NCBI GenBank assembly: GCA_963772455.1
Contig: CAVYXJ010000021.1
Span: 1 to 64,000 of the forward strand
DNA: 64,000 nt
Reading direction: 5' to 3'
Origin: Candidatus Bathyarchaeota archaeon
GTDB lineage: Archaea > Thermoproteota > Bathyarchaeia > Bathyarchaeales > Bathycorpusculaceae
Part shown: piece by piece, positions 1 to 11,109 of the stretch
Layout: the number at the start of each line of letters is the position of its first letter
How positions within the stretch are numbered: the first letter of the stretch is position 1
Notes under the pieces: generated by a model
Seen by the model: the letters and a program-made list of their open reading frames with translations, nothing else
Told to the model about the DNA's origin: nothing
Database searches by the model: none
Translations under genes and position numbers: made by a program

Positions 1-249
1 GGAATCATCACATGGGATGAACTAATAAAAGTCAAACCAGAAGAACGCAGCACACTTAAAGTTGAGCAAATGCCTCTTAAGAATATCTCAGTTTATGAAG
101 ACGAATCAATTCTTGAAGCAAACAAAATCATAACTCGAGAAAGAATCGATCTGGTCCCCGTGGTCGACAGACAAAATCCATTGAAGGTAGTTGGTGTTTT
201 AACAAGTGAAGCTATCTCGAGCGCCTATGAAAAATCTAAAAACAAATAA
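1..249 (+). CDS. C-terminal fragment of a CBS-domain protein (5' truncated by window; possibly a CLC channel tail)
   Basis: Frame 1 reads GIITWDELIK...VYEDESILEANKIITRERIDLVPVVDRQNPLKVVGVLTSEAI...NK*, a typical CBS pattern. Confidence 0.75.
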   Translation, partial: GIITWDELIKVKPEERSTLKVEQMPLKNISVYEDESILEANKIITRERIDLVPVVDRQNPLKVVGVLTSEAISSAYEKSKNK

Positions 250-537
250 ACCTTTAGAGCTCGAACATGAGACATCATAATCCAACAAACTCAAGAAAAG
301 CTTCATCTTCAATTGAAAAAGAAGAATGAAATTCAGTCCTCTAAAAAAGTATCCTAATGGACTGCATTAAACAATAACTTGTTTTTTGTTGAATGAAAAT
401 ATAATACAGATTGATAAGTCACATGTTTTAAATTCAATTATAGAACTTTACTTTACTTTATGGAAGACAACCAATCAAGCCTCAAGATCTCGCTCTAAGA
501 CACAAGAAACCTCAACAAACAACAAGGAAAAATATCT

Positions 538-2304
538 ATGAATATCTTTGTTTTGCTTTCGCTATTCGCAAGCATCAGTTGCCTCTCTTTAGGCATCTTG
601 GTTTACTCAATTAACAGAAAAACAACCCTTAACAAAATCTTCTTTCTAACAAGCATTGCAACATTCGTCTATTCTTTCACCACATTTATGATGTGGACAT
701 CAAACAATTTTGAAAATGCTTTACTATGGCATAAGATGGGAACCATATGGCCATTCTTCGTAGCTCTTGTATTAAATTTCGCATTGGTTTTTACCGAAAG
801 TAAATGGCTAAAAAACAAGTTCAACTATCTAATTCTGTATATTCCCGCGGTAGCACTTTGGCTTATTGACTTACTATCAAACTTCATAAATGGACCACCA
901 ATAATCGAAAGTTGGGGTTACAATGACGTTGCTTCAGGAACATGGATTTACATTTCATCCACCATTTGGACGGCACTCTTACCGATTTTAGCTTTCGTTT
1001 TATGCTTCAGATTCTACCGCAAAGCCAAAGACTCAACACAAAGACAACGAAGAAAGTTTGTGACAATAGGCTTCGCCATTCCTATAGCTGCCTTCATATT
1101 CACCAACATGATTTTACGATCACTTAACGCGGATATTCCAAATTTAGGAATAGTCGCCACGCTTCTTTTTCAGTATTTTTGTTGCATTTGCAATTGTTAA
1201 ATATCGATTTGTTTACTTTTGACGCTGCACTAGCGGCAGACAACATTCTTTCCACAATGCCTGACTCACTAATTCTTGCAGATATGAAAGCAAAAATACT
1301 CAAAGTAAATGAACGTTTAGTCAATTTCGTTGGATACTCTGAAAAAGAATTGATCGGCGAATCAATCACCAAATTATGCGCAGAAAAACAAGAAAACATT
1401 TTTGAAAAAACCTCTAAATGAATTAACCGAAAAAAACATAATCAGAAACCATGAACTAATTTTCCAAACGAAATCAAAAGAAACACGAAACGTTCTCTTT
1501 TCAGGATCAGTTGTTAAAAGCAAAATGGGACGAGCGATAGGCATTGCATGCATTATTCACGATATTACCGAGCATAAAAATATGGAGGGAAGACTTGTTA
1601 AAGCAGAAAGGCTTGCTTCAATCGGTGAATTGGCAGGACAAATTGGCCATGACCTTCGCAACCCATTATCAGGCATCAAAAACAGCGTTTACCTCCTCAA
1701 GAAAAGCAGCAATCGACTCTCTGAACTGCAGAGGAATAACATTTTGGATACAATGAGTATTGCAGTTGAAGATTCAGACAGAATCGTCACAAGTCTCGTA
1801 GAGTATTCAAGCGAACTTATCTTAGAGCCTGAGCAATGCAATCTTAATTCGCTTACAATGAACTCCTTGTCCAAAATTCAAGTTCCAGATCACATAAATA
1901 TTGTAAACCAAACTTCGGAAGTCCCAAAATTCTTCTTAGATGCGCAAAAAATAGAAAAAGTATTCATTAACATAATAAAGAATGCGATAGATGCTATGCC
2001 TCAGAAAGGCATCTTACAAATTATTAGTCAAATAAAGGGCTCTAATGTAGAAATCGCCTTTGCTGATTCTGGAATAGGCATACCAGAAAATATCCTACCT
2101 AAACTTTTCTCGCCTCTTGTAACTACTAAAGCCAAAGGAATGGGCATGAACCTGGCAATCTGCAAACGAATCGTAGAAGCTCATAACGGCAAAATTACCG
2201 CAGAAAGCGAAGTTGGAAAAGGCACAAAATTCACCATCACACTACCAATTAAAACTTCAAAAACTGAGTTCCCACAATTCAAAATGTTTACCAATAAAAC
2301 CTGA
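538..2304 (+). CDS. Membrane sensor histidine kinase (7TM N-terminus + PAS + HisKA + HATPase), split by about 3 single-base insertions
   Basis: ORFs 538-1200 (hydrophobic), 1179-1421 (PAS-like DSLILAD..KILKVN) and 1402-2304 (H-box GHDLRNPL, N-box NAIDAM, DSGIGI, GMGMNL, GKGT) join after frameshifts near 1170, 1205 and 1410. Confidence 0.85.
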
Positions 2305-2462
2305 TTTAAATTCTTAGCCCAACCTAACAAAAACATTATTTAGAAAGCAGCCTCAAAAAGCAATTTAATTATCGAACCCTCAAAGTTGCTTTGACAATAA
2401 TGATTTAAACAACTTCGTTCTTGTAATGAAGTAGGCTTTGATTTTAAAGCAGGAAATATTTT

Positions 2463-3905
2463 GTGAAAGAAACTCTAACAACCAACCAAGGTGCCGCTGT
2501 TTCCGACGACCAAAACTCATTAACCGTCAGCAACAACGGACCCGTGATTTTTCAAGATGTACATTTAATTGAAAAGTTAGCGCATTTCAACCGTGAACGA
2601 ATACCCGAACGCATAGTTCACGCTAAAGGTGCAGGTGCAGGAGGATATTTCGAATTAACCAAAGATGTATCAAAATACACCAAAGCCAAATTCCTATCTG
2701 AAGTTGGAAAACGCACCGAAGTTTTCGTTAGGTTCTCAACAGTAGGCGGAGAAAAAGGATCCGCAGATGCAGAACGTGACCCAAGAGGATTCGCCATAAA
2801 ATTCTACACAGAAGACGGCAACTATGATCTTGTTGGAAACAACACCCCCGTATTCTTCATTCGCGACCCCCTCAAGTTTCCAGATTTCATCCACACCCAA
2901 AAACGCAATCCAGCAACAAACCTAAAAGACGCCAACATGTTCTGGGACTTCTTATCTTTAACTCCAGAATCTCTTCATCAAGTAACAATTCTGTTCTCAG
3001 ACAGAGGAACCCCAAAATCTTATCGCTACATGAACGGTTATGGAAGCCACACTTACAAATGGTATAATCAAGATGGAGAAATCTTCTGGGTAAAATACCA
3101 CTTCAAAACAGACCAAGGCCCAAAGAACTTAACCAGACAAGAAGCTGAACAAACCAAGGGATCCGACCCCGACCATGCAACACGCGACTTGCACAACGCC
3201 ATCAAAAACGGTGAATTCCCATCTTGGACACTGCAAATGCAAATCATGCCAGCTAAAGAAGCCCAAAACTACAGGTTTGACATATTTGACGTTACCAAAG
3301 TTTGGCCACATCAAGATTACCCGCCAATGGATATTGGAAAAATGGTGCTAAATCGCAATCCATCAAACTATTTTGCAGAAGTTGAACAAGCAGCTTTTTC
3401 ACCGGGAAACTTTGTGCCAGGAATCGGAGCATCACCCGATAAAATGCTTCAAGGACGCCTATTTGCTTACCATGATGCACATAGATACCGCTTAGGCGCC
3501 AACTACCTGTTGTTGCCTGTTAACCAGCCAAAAGGAGTCAAAGCTAAAAACTATCAACGCGACGGATTCATGCGTTTTGATGGAAATCAAGGCGACGCAG
3601 TAAACTATTACCCCAACAGTTTTGGCGGACCAGAACCCGACATAACAGCCTCGGAACCAACCTTTGAAGTTTCAGGCATTGTTGCACGCCAACCATACAC
3701 GCATCCCAACAGCGACTTTGTGCAACCAGGAGACCTATACCGCAAAGTAATGACTGACTTAGACCGCGAACACCTCATTGGAAACATAGTGACTCACTTA
3801 GGCAACGCTAGCAAAGAAATCCAGCTTCGACAAGCAAAAATCTTTTTCAAAGCCGATCCAGAATACGGACAAAAAATAGCAGAAGGCTTAGGAATAACAC
3901 TTTAA
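2463..3905 (+). CDS. katA: Monofunctional heme catalase (small-subunit type)
   Basis: [15 protein letters not shown] active-site motif, [23 protein letters not shown] heme-ligand motif. Confidence 0.97.
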   Translation: MKETLTTNQGAAVSDDQNSLTVSNNGPVIFQDVHLIEKLAHFNRERIPERIVHAKGAGAGGYFELTKDVSKYTKAKFLSEVGKRTEVFVRFSTVGGEKGSADAERDPRGFAIKFYTEDGNYDLVGNNTPVFFIRDPLKFPDFIHTQKRNPATNLKDANMFWDFLSLTPESLHQVTILFSDRGTPKSYRYMNGYGSHTYKWYNQDGEIFWVKYHFKTDQGPKNLTRQEAEQTKGSDPDHATRDLHNAIKNGEFPSWTLQMQIMPAKEAQNYRFDIFDVTKVWPHQDYPPMDIGKMVLNRNPSNYFAEVEQAAFSPGNFVPGIGASPDKMLQGRLFAYHDAHRYRLGANYLLLPVNQPKGVKAKNYQRDGFMRFDGNQGDAVNYYPNSFGGPEPDITASEPTFEVSGIVARQPYTHPNSDFVQPGDLYRKVMTDLDREHLIGNIVTHLGNASKEIQLRQAKIFFKADPEYGQKIAEGLGITL

Positions 3906-4113
3906 AAATACTGTGGATTTTCTTTTCAGCCAAATATCTTTTCCTTTTTTTGATTTTGCCTTTATCTAATGCTTCTTAATTCATTAGAAACCCTAATTCA
4001 GCTTCTAAAAACGCGAACCCTTAAAAGTATACAAGTCCATACACATTGTGTCCCAAGTTTGCATTCACTTGTCCAAGATATTTTGGTAAACGTGACCGGC
4101 TAAATTTGGACAG

Positions 4114-4377
4114 GTGAAAGGAAAAATGAAGATGTTTGAGGCTATGGTGTTTAAAAGGGAAATTGGTTCAAGCTGCAGTTTTGATGTAAAGATGCTTGAT
4201 AACGGAAAAGACGGAATTATTTTAACTTTTGAGCAAAGTGAAGTCAACAGCAACGATTTAGTTTACATTAAAGATTTTGTAACTCAACATAACCTAAGTT
4301 TACTTCTTGACAGTGAAAGCTATTTCATCTCAACAAATGCGCTAAAACCATCCAGTTTATGTGTCTGGGAAAACTAA
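4114..4377 (+). CDS. Hypothetical protein (true start may be a downstream ATG)
   Basis: 87-aa ORF with plausible composition; no recognised motif. Confidence 0.5.
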   Translation: MKGKMKMFEAMVFKREIGSSCSFDVKMLDNGKDGIILTFEQSEVNSNDLVYIKDFVTQHNLSLLLDSESYFISTNALKPSSLCVWEN

Positions 4378-4406
4378 TCATTCAAAAAAATCAACGAATG
4401 AAGAGA

Positions 4407-4773
4407 TTATTTTTTAGCTGACTCTTCCTTAACTCTATACCTAACCATTTCCTTAATCAAATCAAGCGGCATTGGCTCACTTAACTGGAAATTGAACAGT
4501 GCCCTTACTAACTTTATATCGAATTAATTTGTCCTTGAATGCCACAATAGCAGATACCCTGGGATAAAACCCAATGTGGTTCTTGTAAGCAGCATACCAC
4601 ACCAAGATACCCTTTAGTTTGAACGCAGGCATTTGGTAACTAATTATCTCTTCAGCTTCAGGCACAACCTCTCGAATAGCCCTTCTAACTTCTCCTAAAA
4701 TACACCGAACATTCTCAGGAAAAGAAGCAAAATAATCATCCACAGAATTAAAACCTCGCTTTGATGACGCCAT
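4407..4773 (-). CDS. DUF1801/YdhG-like protein; one frameshift near 4483
   Basis: VDDYFASFP..PEAEEIISYQMPAF..HIGFYP..KGTVQFP; the shifted frame continues LSEPMPLDLIKEMVRYRVKEESAKK* to 4407. Confidence 0.85.
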
Positions 4774-5174
4774 AAATAATCCCTAACACAGTAAGTAATC
4801 GCAATATTTCAATTTCACTAAATTCTAAATAATAAATAAAAAAAATTAGCACTCAACACAATTTGAATTTTGCACAGTTACCACTTAGATTTTCAGCAAT
4901 TCGAATAGTCTACGAAAAAAACCCTTAAAGAAAAACAAAAACGCTCAAAACACCCTTGCACCAAAAAAAAGCACCAACACTAATGCATTACTTTCGAAAA
5001 CTCACAGAAAAAAACCCGAGATTCTAAAGACCAATATAACTCTTCTTCCCCAATCAGGCTGCTTTTTTATCCGCTAAATTTCCTTAAACAACGAAGTACA
5101 AAAAAATCGTTAAAAAATCCTATATCCAAAGCACACCCTAACAAGTAAAATGGGGAAAAACAAGTTCCCCTTAC

Positions 5175-5289
5175 AAGGAAACGTTTGGATGGATCAACAT
5201 TGGCAGGACACGGAGGCTTCTTAGCCCAAAAGAAAAAGACTCCTTGCGTGCCTAACCCAAAAAGAGCTTTGAACCTCCAAACATTCCTT
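5175..5289 (-). ncRNA. Candidate long imperfect hairpin RNA in intergenic region
   Basis: Nested complementary blocks AAGGAA/TTCCTT, GTTTGGA/TCCAAAC, TTGG/CCAA, CACG/CGTG, GGAG/CTCC in AT-rich surroundings. Confidence 0.4.
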
Positions 5290-5393
5290 ATCCTATTTTT
5301 TATTGTGGCTCTCTTGGCGAAAAAAATGACATACCGCTTGGGCAGTGATTAGAACCTACTTAGTCCACATCATGTCAATTCAAAAAATTAAAA

Positions 5394-5410
5394 ACTAAAA
5401 AAAGGGAAAG
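5394..5410 (-). terminator. Oligo-T terminator after propeller gene 1
   Basis: CTTTCCCTTTTTTTAGT on minus strand; a near-identical tract follows propeller genes 2, 4 and 5. Confidence 0.6.
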
Positions 5411-5431
5411 GGATTTTGTTTTATGGGTTTT

Positions 5432-7975
5432 TTATGCTTTCTTTCTTAACAGTAATAATGCAACTATGGCGATTGCGATGATTATTGCAATGGTTGATGC
5501 TGCAAAGTACATTTCTGTTGGTGGCAGAGTTATTTGTTCCAATGGTGCGGGTGTTGCTTTTGCTGGTTCTGCAACGAAAGCTGCTTCAGCGTGTGATGGA
5601 TAGTACGATTTAGAGCCTGTGAAGCTTGCGTAGACGTTGTATTTTCCTTCAATGTCTGGAGTCCAGTTAAAACTATAGAAGCCATCTGAACTTGTTGTTG
5701 TGGTTCCGATTTCTCTATAATTGCCATTGGCGTCAACTACGCTTATGGTTACGGGCACTCCGGTTGTGCTGGCTGGTCGTGGGAATTGTTGGTAGACATA
5801 TTTCATCCATTCACCCATGCTTTCGTCTGAGACTGCTGGGACACCGTTGGGGAATCTTGTTGTTCTTGCATATTCCTGTGTACCTGCTGCTATGTCAGTG
5901 ACTGTTCCACTGAGTACAACTTGAGAGCCTGCTGGTACGCTTATGCTTGGAGCTGTCAGTGTGGTTTCGCTTGGACCTTTACCTAAAGCGTAGATTCGGT
6001 TGTCGTATGTGTTGAAGGATAGTATCGTGCTGTCTGCAATCATTGGGTCTCCTCCCCAAACTGTGAATCGAAGTAGACCATCGACTCTGAAAATGACTTC
6101 ACCGGTTGTGGCGTTAAGGCAGACGAATGGTGCACCTCGCGGTAAGGGGCTGTTGCCTGAGTGTTCTGTGTGCCATAGGTATACTTTTCCATCAGAAATG
6201 AAACCAAATTCTATTGGCCATTTATCTCCGCCCCACATGAGTTCAGTGTATGGCTGTGTGTTGTTATAGGTCCACATTGTATCTCCTGTTTTGACATCGA
6301 TTGCTTGTAGTTGACCAGCGACTGTTCCTAAGTAGAGTATGCCATTTGCCATCATACCGTTTTCGCCTGAAGGTCCACCCATGAACCAGTCCATGTATCC
6401 TCGCGAATCAGTTGGTCCCCAGAGAAATTCACCTGTACGCATGTTGAAACCGAAGAATCCAGCTATTTCTTTTGCACGGATTGTTAACACATTGTCGTCG
6501 GGGTTTCTTGCTGTAAAGGACAAAGTTAATCCGCCGGTTGGTGGTTGCCAGGATTTATTGTATAGTACTGCTCCTCTTTGTTCTGGTTTGAGGCTTATTG
6601 CCCACATGTTAACTGCTTGGTCTGTTATCTTTCCCGTTGCGTTGATGTATCCGCCTGTGATGATGTCTTGAGGGAAGTATGCGTTGGGGGTTCCAGGTAG
6701 ACCTTTTTGTGAGAGGGTTACGTTCCAGTCATATCCCATAGAGGCGTTGAATACTATTCCTTGTGGTCTCCAGCGTTCTGAGTAGTAGTCGGCGACTGCT
6801 TGGTCTGCGGGTCTTGACATGTAGTAGTCGTGGTATGTCTTCCATGATACGGTTGTTGTGTTCCACTGAGCGACCCAGCCATTAGTTGGATCAACAAGAT
6901 ACTTTAGAATTTCACCGTTTGGACCATACACGTTACCGCTTACCGTAACGTTACCACTGCTTGCCGGTACGTTGTTTATGCTGTATTCATAGCGTCCAGT
7001 AAGTGGATCATAAGCATTCCATCTTGCTCCAACTGTCGTCCAAATGTATGCAAAGCCACCATACATGTTCATTGTTTGCCAATACATAGTTTGACCAAAT
7101 GAGACTCTTTCGTTTGCACCAAGAACTTTCTCCCAGATTATTTTGCCAGTTTTCAGATCCATTGCGACTACGGTCTGCTCAATTGTGGAGCTGTTGAAAT
7201 CAACCATTGCGTTTTGTGCAATCTGTCGGTTAAAGTAGAGTACTCCGTTGATGATTACTTGTCCCACAAATTTGCCTTCATATGCATCCCCCATTTCATA
7301 GCCGTTCGCGCCTAAGTCTCCCCCTACTACGCCACCTTCAGCGAGAGGTTGAACCCAAAGTACGTGTGGTGATTCGGGTGCGTCATTGTAAGGTGCATAT
7401 CGATTGTTGGGTGTTGTCAACCAGTTTCCGCTAATTGCGCCCCATTCTCTAAATTGTGAGTTTACAGGTCGTGTCCAGTATTCAGTTGGAAGTGGTGTGT
7501 CTGGATAGAAAGTTCGCGGTTCCTCGGTTACTACTAGGGCTAGTTTTTCGCTTTGACCTGCCAGCATTGTAGTATTTGCTGGGATGCCTGCTGCAGCATA
7601 CTTGCACTTTTGTTGTGGGAAGTTTGTTTGCAAGTAATAAGTACCAGCTACTGTTGGTGTGAATGTTGTTCCTGTTCCACCCGTTGTATCAGTAGTGAAG
7701 GTCCCAAGTGTCTGAGTCGTGCCATCGGGCTTTGTGACTGTCACTGTTATGCCTTCCCATCCAACTTGCGGCCATGCTGTCTGAGCTGAAATACCCACGT
7801 GAAGTAATGTTTCTTGCCCAACGCCTATCGGGTTAGGCATAGCTCCAATGAAGGGGTAGCTTTTCATCGTAATTTCTGCGCCTTTTGCGGTTTGAAATGC
7901 AAATAGAGGTACGGCACTAGCTATCAATAGCAATACCGTTAATGTAGCCATTATTTTCTTTCTTTCCATTTTCAT
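5432..7975 (-). CDS. Secreted, C-terminally anchored PQQ-like beta-propeller protein (paralog 1)
   Basis: Signal peptide, Ig-like N-domain, PLPTEYWTRP, repeated A.D..TG...W propeller motifs, Ig-like C-domain, TM + RKKA tail. Confidence 0.9.
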   Translation of the reverse strand: MKMERKKIMATLTVLLLIASAVPLFAFQTAKGAEITMKSYPFIGAMPNPIGVGQETLLHVGISAQTAWPQVGWEGITVTVTKPDGTTQTLGTFTTDTTGGTGTTFTPTVAGTYYLQTNFPQQKCKYAAAGIPANTTMLAGQSEKLALVVTEEPRTFYPDTPLPTEYWTRPVNSQFREWGAISGNWLTTPNNRYAPYNDAPESPHVLWVQPLAEGGVVGGDLGANGYEMGDAYEGKFVGQVIINGVLYFNRQIAQNAMVDFNSSTIEQTVVAMDLKTGKIIWEKVLGANERVSFGQTMYWQTMNMYGGFAYIWTTVGARWNAYDPLTGRYEYSINNVPASSGNVTVSGNVYGPNGEILKYLVDPTNGWVAQWNTTTVSWKTYHDYYMSRPADQAVADYYSERWRPQGIVFNASMGYDWNVTLSQKGLPGTPNAYFPQDIITGGYINATGKITDQAVNMWAISLKPEQRGAVLYNKSWQPPTGGLTLSFTARNPDDNVLTIRAKEIAGFFGFNMRTGEFLWGPTDSRGYMDWFMGGPSGENGMMANGILYLGTVAGQLQAIDVKTGDTMWTYNNTQPYTELMWGGDKWPIEFGFISDGKVYLWHTEHSGNSPLPRGAPFVCLNATTGEVIFRVDGLLRFTVWGGDPMIADSTILSFNTYDNRIYALGKGPSETTLTAPSISVPAGSQVVLSGTVTDIAAGTQEYARTTRFPNGVPAVSDESMGEWMKYVYQQFPRPASTTGVPVTISVVDANGNYREIGTTTTSSDGFYSFNWTPDIEGKYNVYASFTGSKSYYPSHAEAAFVAEPAKATPAPLEQITLPPTEMYFAASTIAIIIAIAIVALLLLRKKA

Positions 7976-8125
7976 TTTTCTTCCTTAATATTTTACGAAA
8001 TTAACGGAAAGATAATTTCGCTGGAACTCTATTCAACTATTTTTGTATTTAAAACTAATTGGAAAAAGGGAAATTACGACAAAAAATGTTCAATAAAGGT
8101 CCATTTCCCAAATAATTGGCTAAAG

Positions 8126-8226
8126 AAGGATTCACTAAGCTCTGGACCATTAGGAGAAAAAAGAAAAATCACACTACCTATTGGCTACTGTAATAAATTT
8201 TAAACAGACCCTACTCGGCCGTCCTT
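8126..8226 (-). ncRNA. Conserved structured element downstream of propeller gene 2 (copy B)
   Basis: Aligns with 45810-45914 (GAGTAGG.TCTG, ACAGTAGCCA, CCTAATG.TCCAGAGC); pairing largely retained. Confidence 0.55.
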
Positions 8227-8288
8227 CTACATTCAATTTTTTAAAGACTAAAAAAGGGGAAAAGAGAATTTTTTTTCTCTTAGTTTTT

Positions 8289-10976
8289 TTATGGTCGTTT
8301 TCTGAGCATCAACAGAATCATAATTGCACCAACGATAAAGATTGAAGCAATTATGCCTGCTACAGCAGGAACAAAGTATGCGTCAGTCATAGATTGCACT
8401 GGAGTTGCAGTTGGTTCATGTGTAGGTTCAGCATTAAGGACGTTCATTGAGGTTTCAGCATATGATGGCCAGTATGCTTTGTTACCGGCAAAGTTTGCGA
8501 TTACAGTGTATTTGCCAGATATTTCAGGTGTCCAAACGAAACTATATGTTCCGCTTGTGTCAGAGGTTGCTTTGCCAATTTCGTAGCTGTTGTTGTTTGA
8601 GTCGATAACCATTAAGGATACTTCGACTCCGGCTGCCGATGGTCTTGGGAATTGCATGTAGACATATTTCATCCATTCACTTTGACTGTCGTCACTAACT
8701 GCCGCAACACCACTTGGGAAGCGGAGTTTAATGGCGTCATCTTGGGTTCCTGGTGAAATGTCAGTTACAGTTCCTTTGATGGTTACAGGTGTTCCAAATG
8801 ATGCGCTGATGTCTGGTGCACTAACTGTGGTAGATGTTGGTCCTCTGCCTATGGTGACTATTCTATTGTCATATGAACTCAAGCCTGCAATTATGCTGTC
8901 TCCGATGACTGGTTGTCCTCCCCAGCGTGTGCCCATTCGTAAACCGTCGATTCTCCACATTTCCTCTCCAGTAGTTGCGTTAATGCATGCTGCGGGTGCG
9001 CCTCTTGCAATTGGTGTGTTAGCTGAGTGTTCTTGTGTGAATATGTAGATTTTTCCGTCAACGATAAAGTCAATTGGTGTTGGCCACTCTGAGCTGAAGA
9101 GTTGTTCAGTATAGGTGTCTGAGAAATTATAGCTCCATAGGTGTGCTCCAGTTTTGGCGTTGAATGCGTTGATTACGCCGCCCATGCCTGCTGTGTAGAG
9201 ATTACCGTATTTGATGACTGCTGCGCCCCACGGATTCATGTAGAGGTCAGTGAAAACGTTTAGCCATGGGTCTGCGGGAGTTGTTGGGCCCCAGATTTGT
9301 TCGCCAGTTGAAATCTTAAAGCCATAATGTACTCTAAGTTCTTTTACGCTTACAACGAAAACGTCGTCTGCTGCACTGAAAGGTTCTGATCCTGGAATGT
9401 CTACATGTACATCTGCAACTGGAAGAGTCCATGTTCTGTTCCAAAGTAGTCTTCCTTCCTGTCCTGGTTTAATGCTGACTGCCCAGAAGACTGGTGTTGG
9501 TTGTGCTGCGCCGCCTGCCCAGTTTGTGTTGCTTCCAATTATTACATCGTTGCCTACAACGGTTTGTATGTTGCTTGTAAGTGCTCCTGTTCCCACGGTA
9601 TCAACTGGTAACCCAAGAGGTATCGAAACGTTCCAGTCATAGCCTTTTGCTGCATCAAAGATGTTGCCGTATGGTCTCCAGCGTCCTGCATAATATTCGG
9701 CTAAGCTTTTATCATCCACTAATCCGCCGCCTGGTTGTCCTGCAACGCCTGGACGAGATGCATAGAAGTCACGGTATGTCTTGTAGACAACACTTGTGGA
9801 GTTCCACATTGTCATCCAACCGGCTTTGTTTTGCATGGTGTAGATTAGAATTTCGCCGTTAGGTCCAATAGTTCGATAGCCAGATGGCATGCCTTGGATA
9901 ACGTAGTCAAGACGTCCTGTGAATGGGTCATAAGCTTTCCAGTCAGTTCTCAGAACAGTTTGTGTTGCTTGGTTGTAGACAGTGACTGTTGTCCAAAGTT
10001 CTGCAAATGCACCGTACATGTTCATGGTCTTCCAATAGAATATGTTAGCAAAACCTAGTCGTTCGTTGTTGCCTAATGGTTGTTTCCAGAGTTCTTTGCC
10101 TGTGTGTAGATCTACTGCAACGACTTTGTTTTGAGCTTCAAGGCCAGTGTAGTTCCATGTTGTTCCTGGGTACATCATTGCGGTTTGAACGGGTTGCTCA
10201 TTGTAGTAGAGTATACCGTTAAGTACCAGAGCTCCACTGAATTTGCCTTCGTATGCATCGCCGTGTTCATAGCTGATTTGATCCATGTTTATGGCGTTAA
10301 TATCTACTCCGCCAACAAGGCCTCCCTCAGCTAGTTGCTTAGCCCAAAGTAAGTGTGCTGTTTCGGGTGCGTCATTATTGTCTGGTGGAAGTCTGTTTTC
10401 ATATCCAAGAACACCCAGCCAGTTACCAGCAATAGATTGCCATTCTCTAAATTGTGCATTTATCGGTCTTGACCAGTATTCTGTTGGGAGTGGGACACCT
10501 GGATAGTAAGCTCTAGGCTCTTGAGTTACGACGAGTGCATATGGTTCGCTTTTGCTGGCTTTCATTGTTGTGTTAGCAAGTGTTCCTGCGGCTGTGTATT
10601 GGATTTTTTGCTCTGGGAAGTTAGCTGTGAGGTAGTATATGCCTTCTTGGTCTGGTACAAAGTTTATTCCTGTCATTCCTGTCGTGTCTGTTGTAACTGG
10701 TCCAAGAGTTACATTTTGACCGTCTGGTTTGGTAACTGTAACAGTCATTCCATACCAGCCTGGCTGTGGCCAGGAGGTTGCGTGGGTAAGGCCGACAGTA
10801 ACTAGTGTTTGTTGTCCTACACCAACGGGGTTAGGTAATGCTCCAACTAATGGAAAAGTATTCTTAGAGACTCCTGCCTGCGCTTCAGCTGATGGTAGAT
10901 TAAGTATAGGTATAGTCATGCTTAAAGAAAGAATTCCAACGAATATAACAGCTAATATTTTTTTGTTTAATTGCAT
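8289..10976 (-). CDS. Secreted, C-terminally anchored PQQ-like beta-propeller protein (paralog 2)
   Basis: Same architecture as paralog 1; shares GDAYEGKF, W.TMNMYG, EHS.N.P..RGAP, WGG.P. Confidence 0.9.
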   Translation of the reverse strand: MQLNKKILAVIFVGILSLSMTIPILNLPSAEAQAGVSKNTFPLVGALPNPVGVGQQTLVTVGLTHATSWPQPGWYGMTVTVTKPDGQNVTLGPVTTDTTGMTGINFVPDQEGIYYLTANFPEQKIQYTAAGTLANTTMKASKSEPYALVVTQEPRAYYPGVPLPTEYWSRPINAQFREWQSIAGNWLGVLGYENRLPPDNNDAPETAHLLWAKQLAEGGLVGGVDINAINMDQISYEHGDAYEGKFSGALVLNGILYYNEQPVQTAMMYPGTTWNYTGLEAQNKVVAVDLHTGKELWKQPLGNNERLGFANIFYWKTMNMYGAFAELWTTVTVYNQATQTVLRTDWKAYDPFTGRLDYVIQGMPSGYRTIGPNGEILIYTMQNKAGWMTMWNSTSVVYKTYRDFYASRPGVAGQPGGGLVDDKSLAEYYAGRWRPYGNIFDAAKGYDWNVSIPLGLPVDTVGTGALTSNIQTVVGNDVIIGSNTNWAGGAAQPTPVFWAVSIKPGQEGRLLWNRTWTLPVADVHVDIPGSEPFSAADDVFVVSVKELRVHYGFKISTGEQIWGPTTPADPWLNVFTDLYMNPWGAAVIKYGNLYTAGMGGVINAFNAKTGAHLWSYNFSDTYTEQLFSSEWPTPIDFIVDGKIYIFTQEHSANTPIARGAPAACINATTGEEMWRIDGLRMGTRWGGQPVIGDSIIAGLSSYDNRIVTIGRGPTSTTVSAPDISASFGTPVTIKGTVTDISPGTQDDAIKLRFPSGVAAVSDDSQSEWMKYVYMQFPRPSAAGVEVSLMVIDSNNNSYEIGKATSDTSGTYSFVWTPEISGKYTVIANFAGNKAYWPSYAETSMNVLNAEPTHEPTATPVQSMTDAYFVPAVAGIIASIFIVGAIMILLMLRKRP

Positions 10977-11054
10977 TTTTTCCTTTCCTCATTTAATTTT
11001 ATGGAAGCGCTTAAGCTTCCGACGTGACTAGTCTCGAGTTTATTCATTAAGTAG

Positions 11055-11078
11055 TGTCAAAAATAAAAAAATATGACA
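11055..11078. promoter_or_regulatory. Inverted repeat TGTCA-N14-TGACA; candidate TrmB-family operator
   Basis: Lies in the 133-bp divergent gap between propeller 2 and the TrmB gene. Confidence 0.45.
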
Positions 11079-11109
11079 AGTATTAAATCTAAAAGATAAC
11101 TTAATTATA

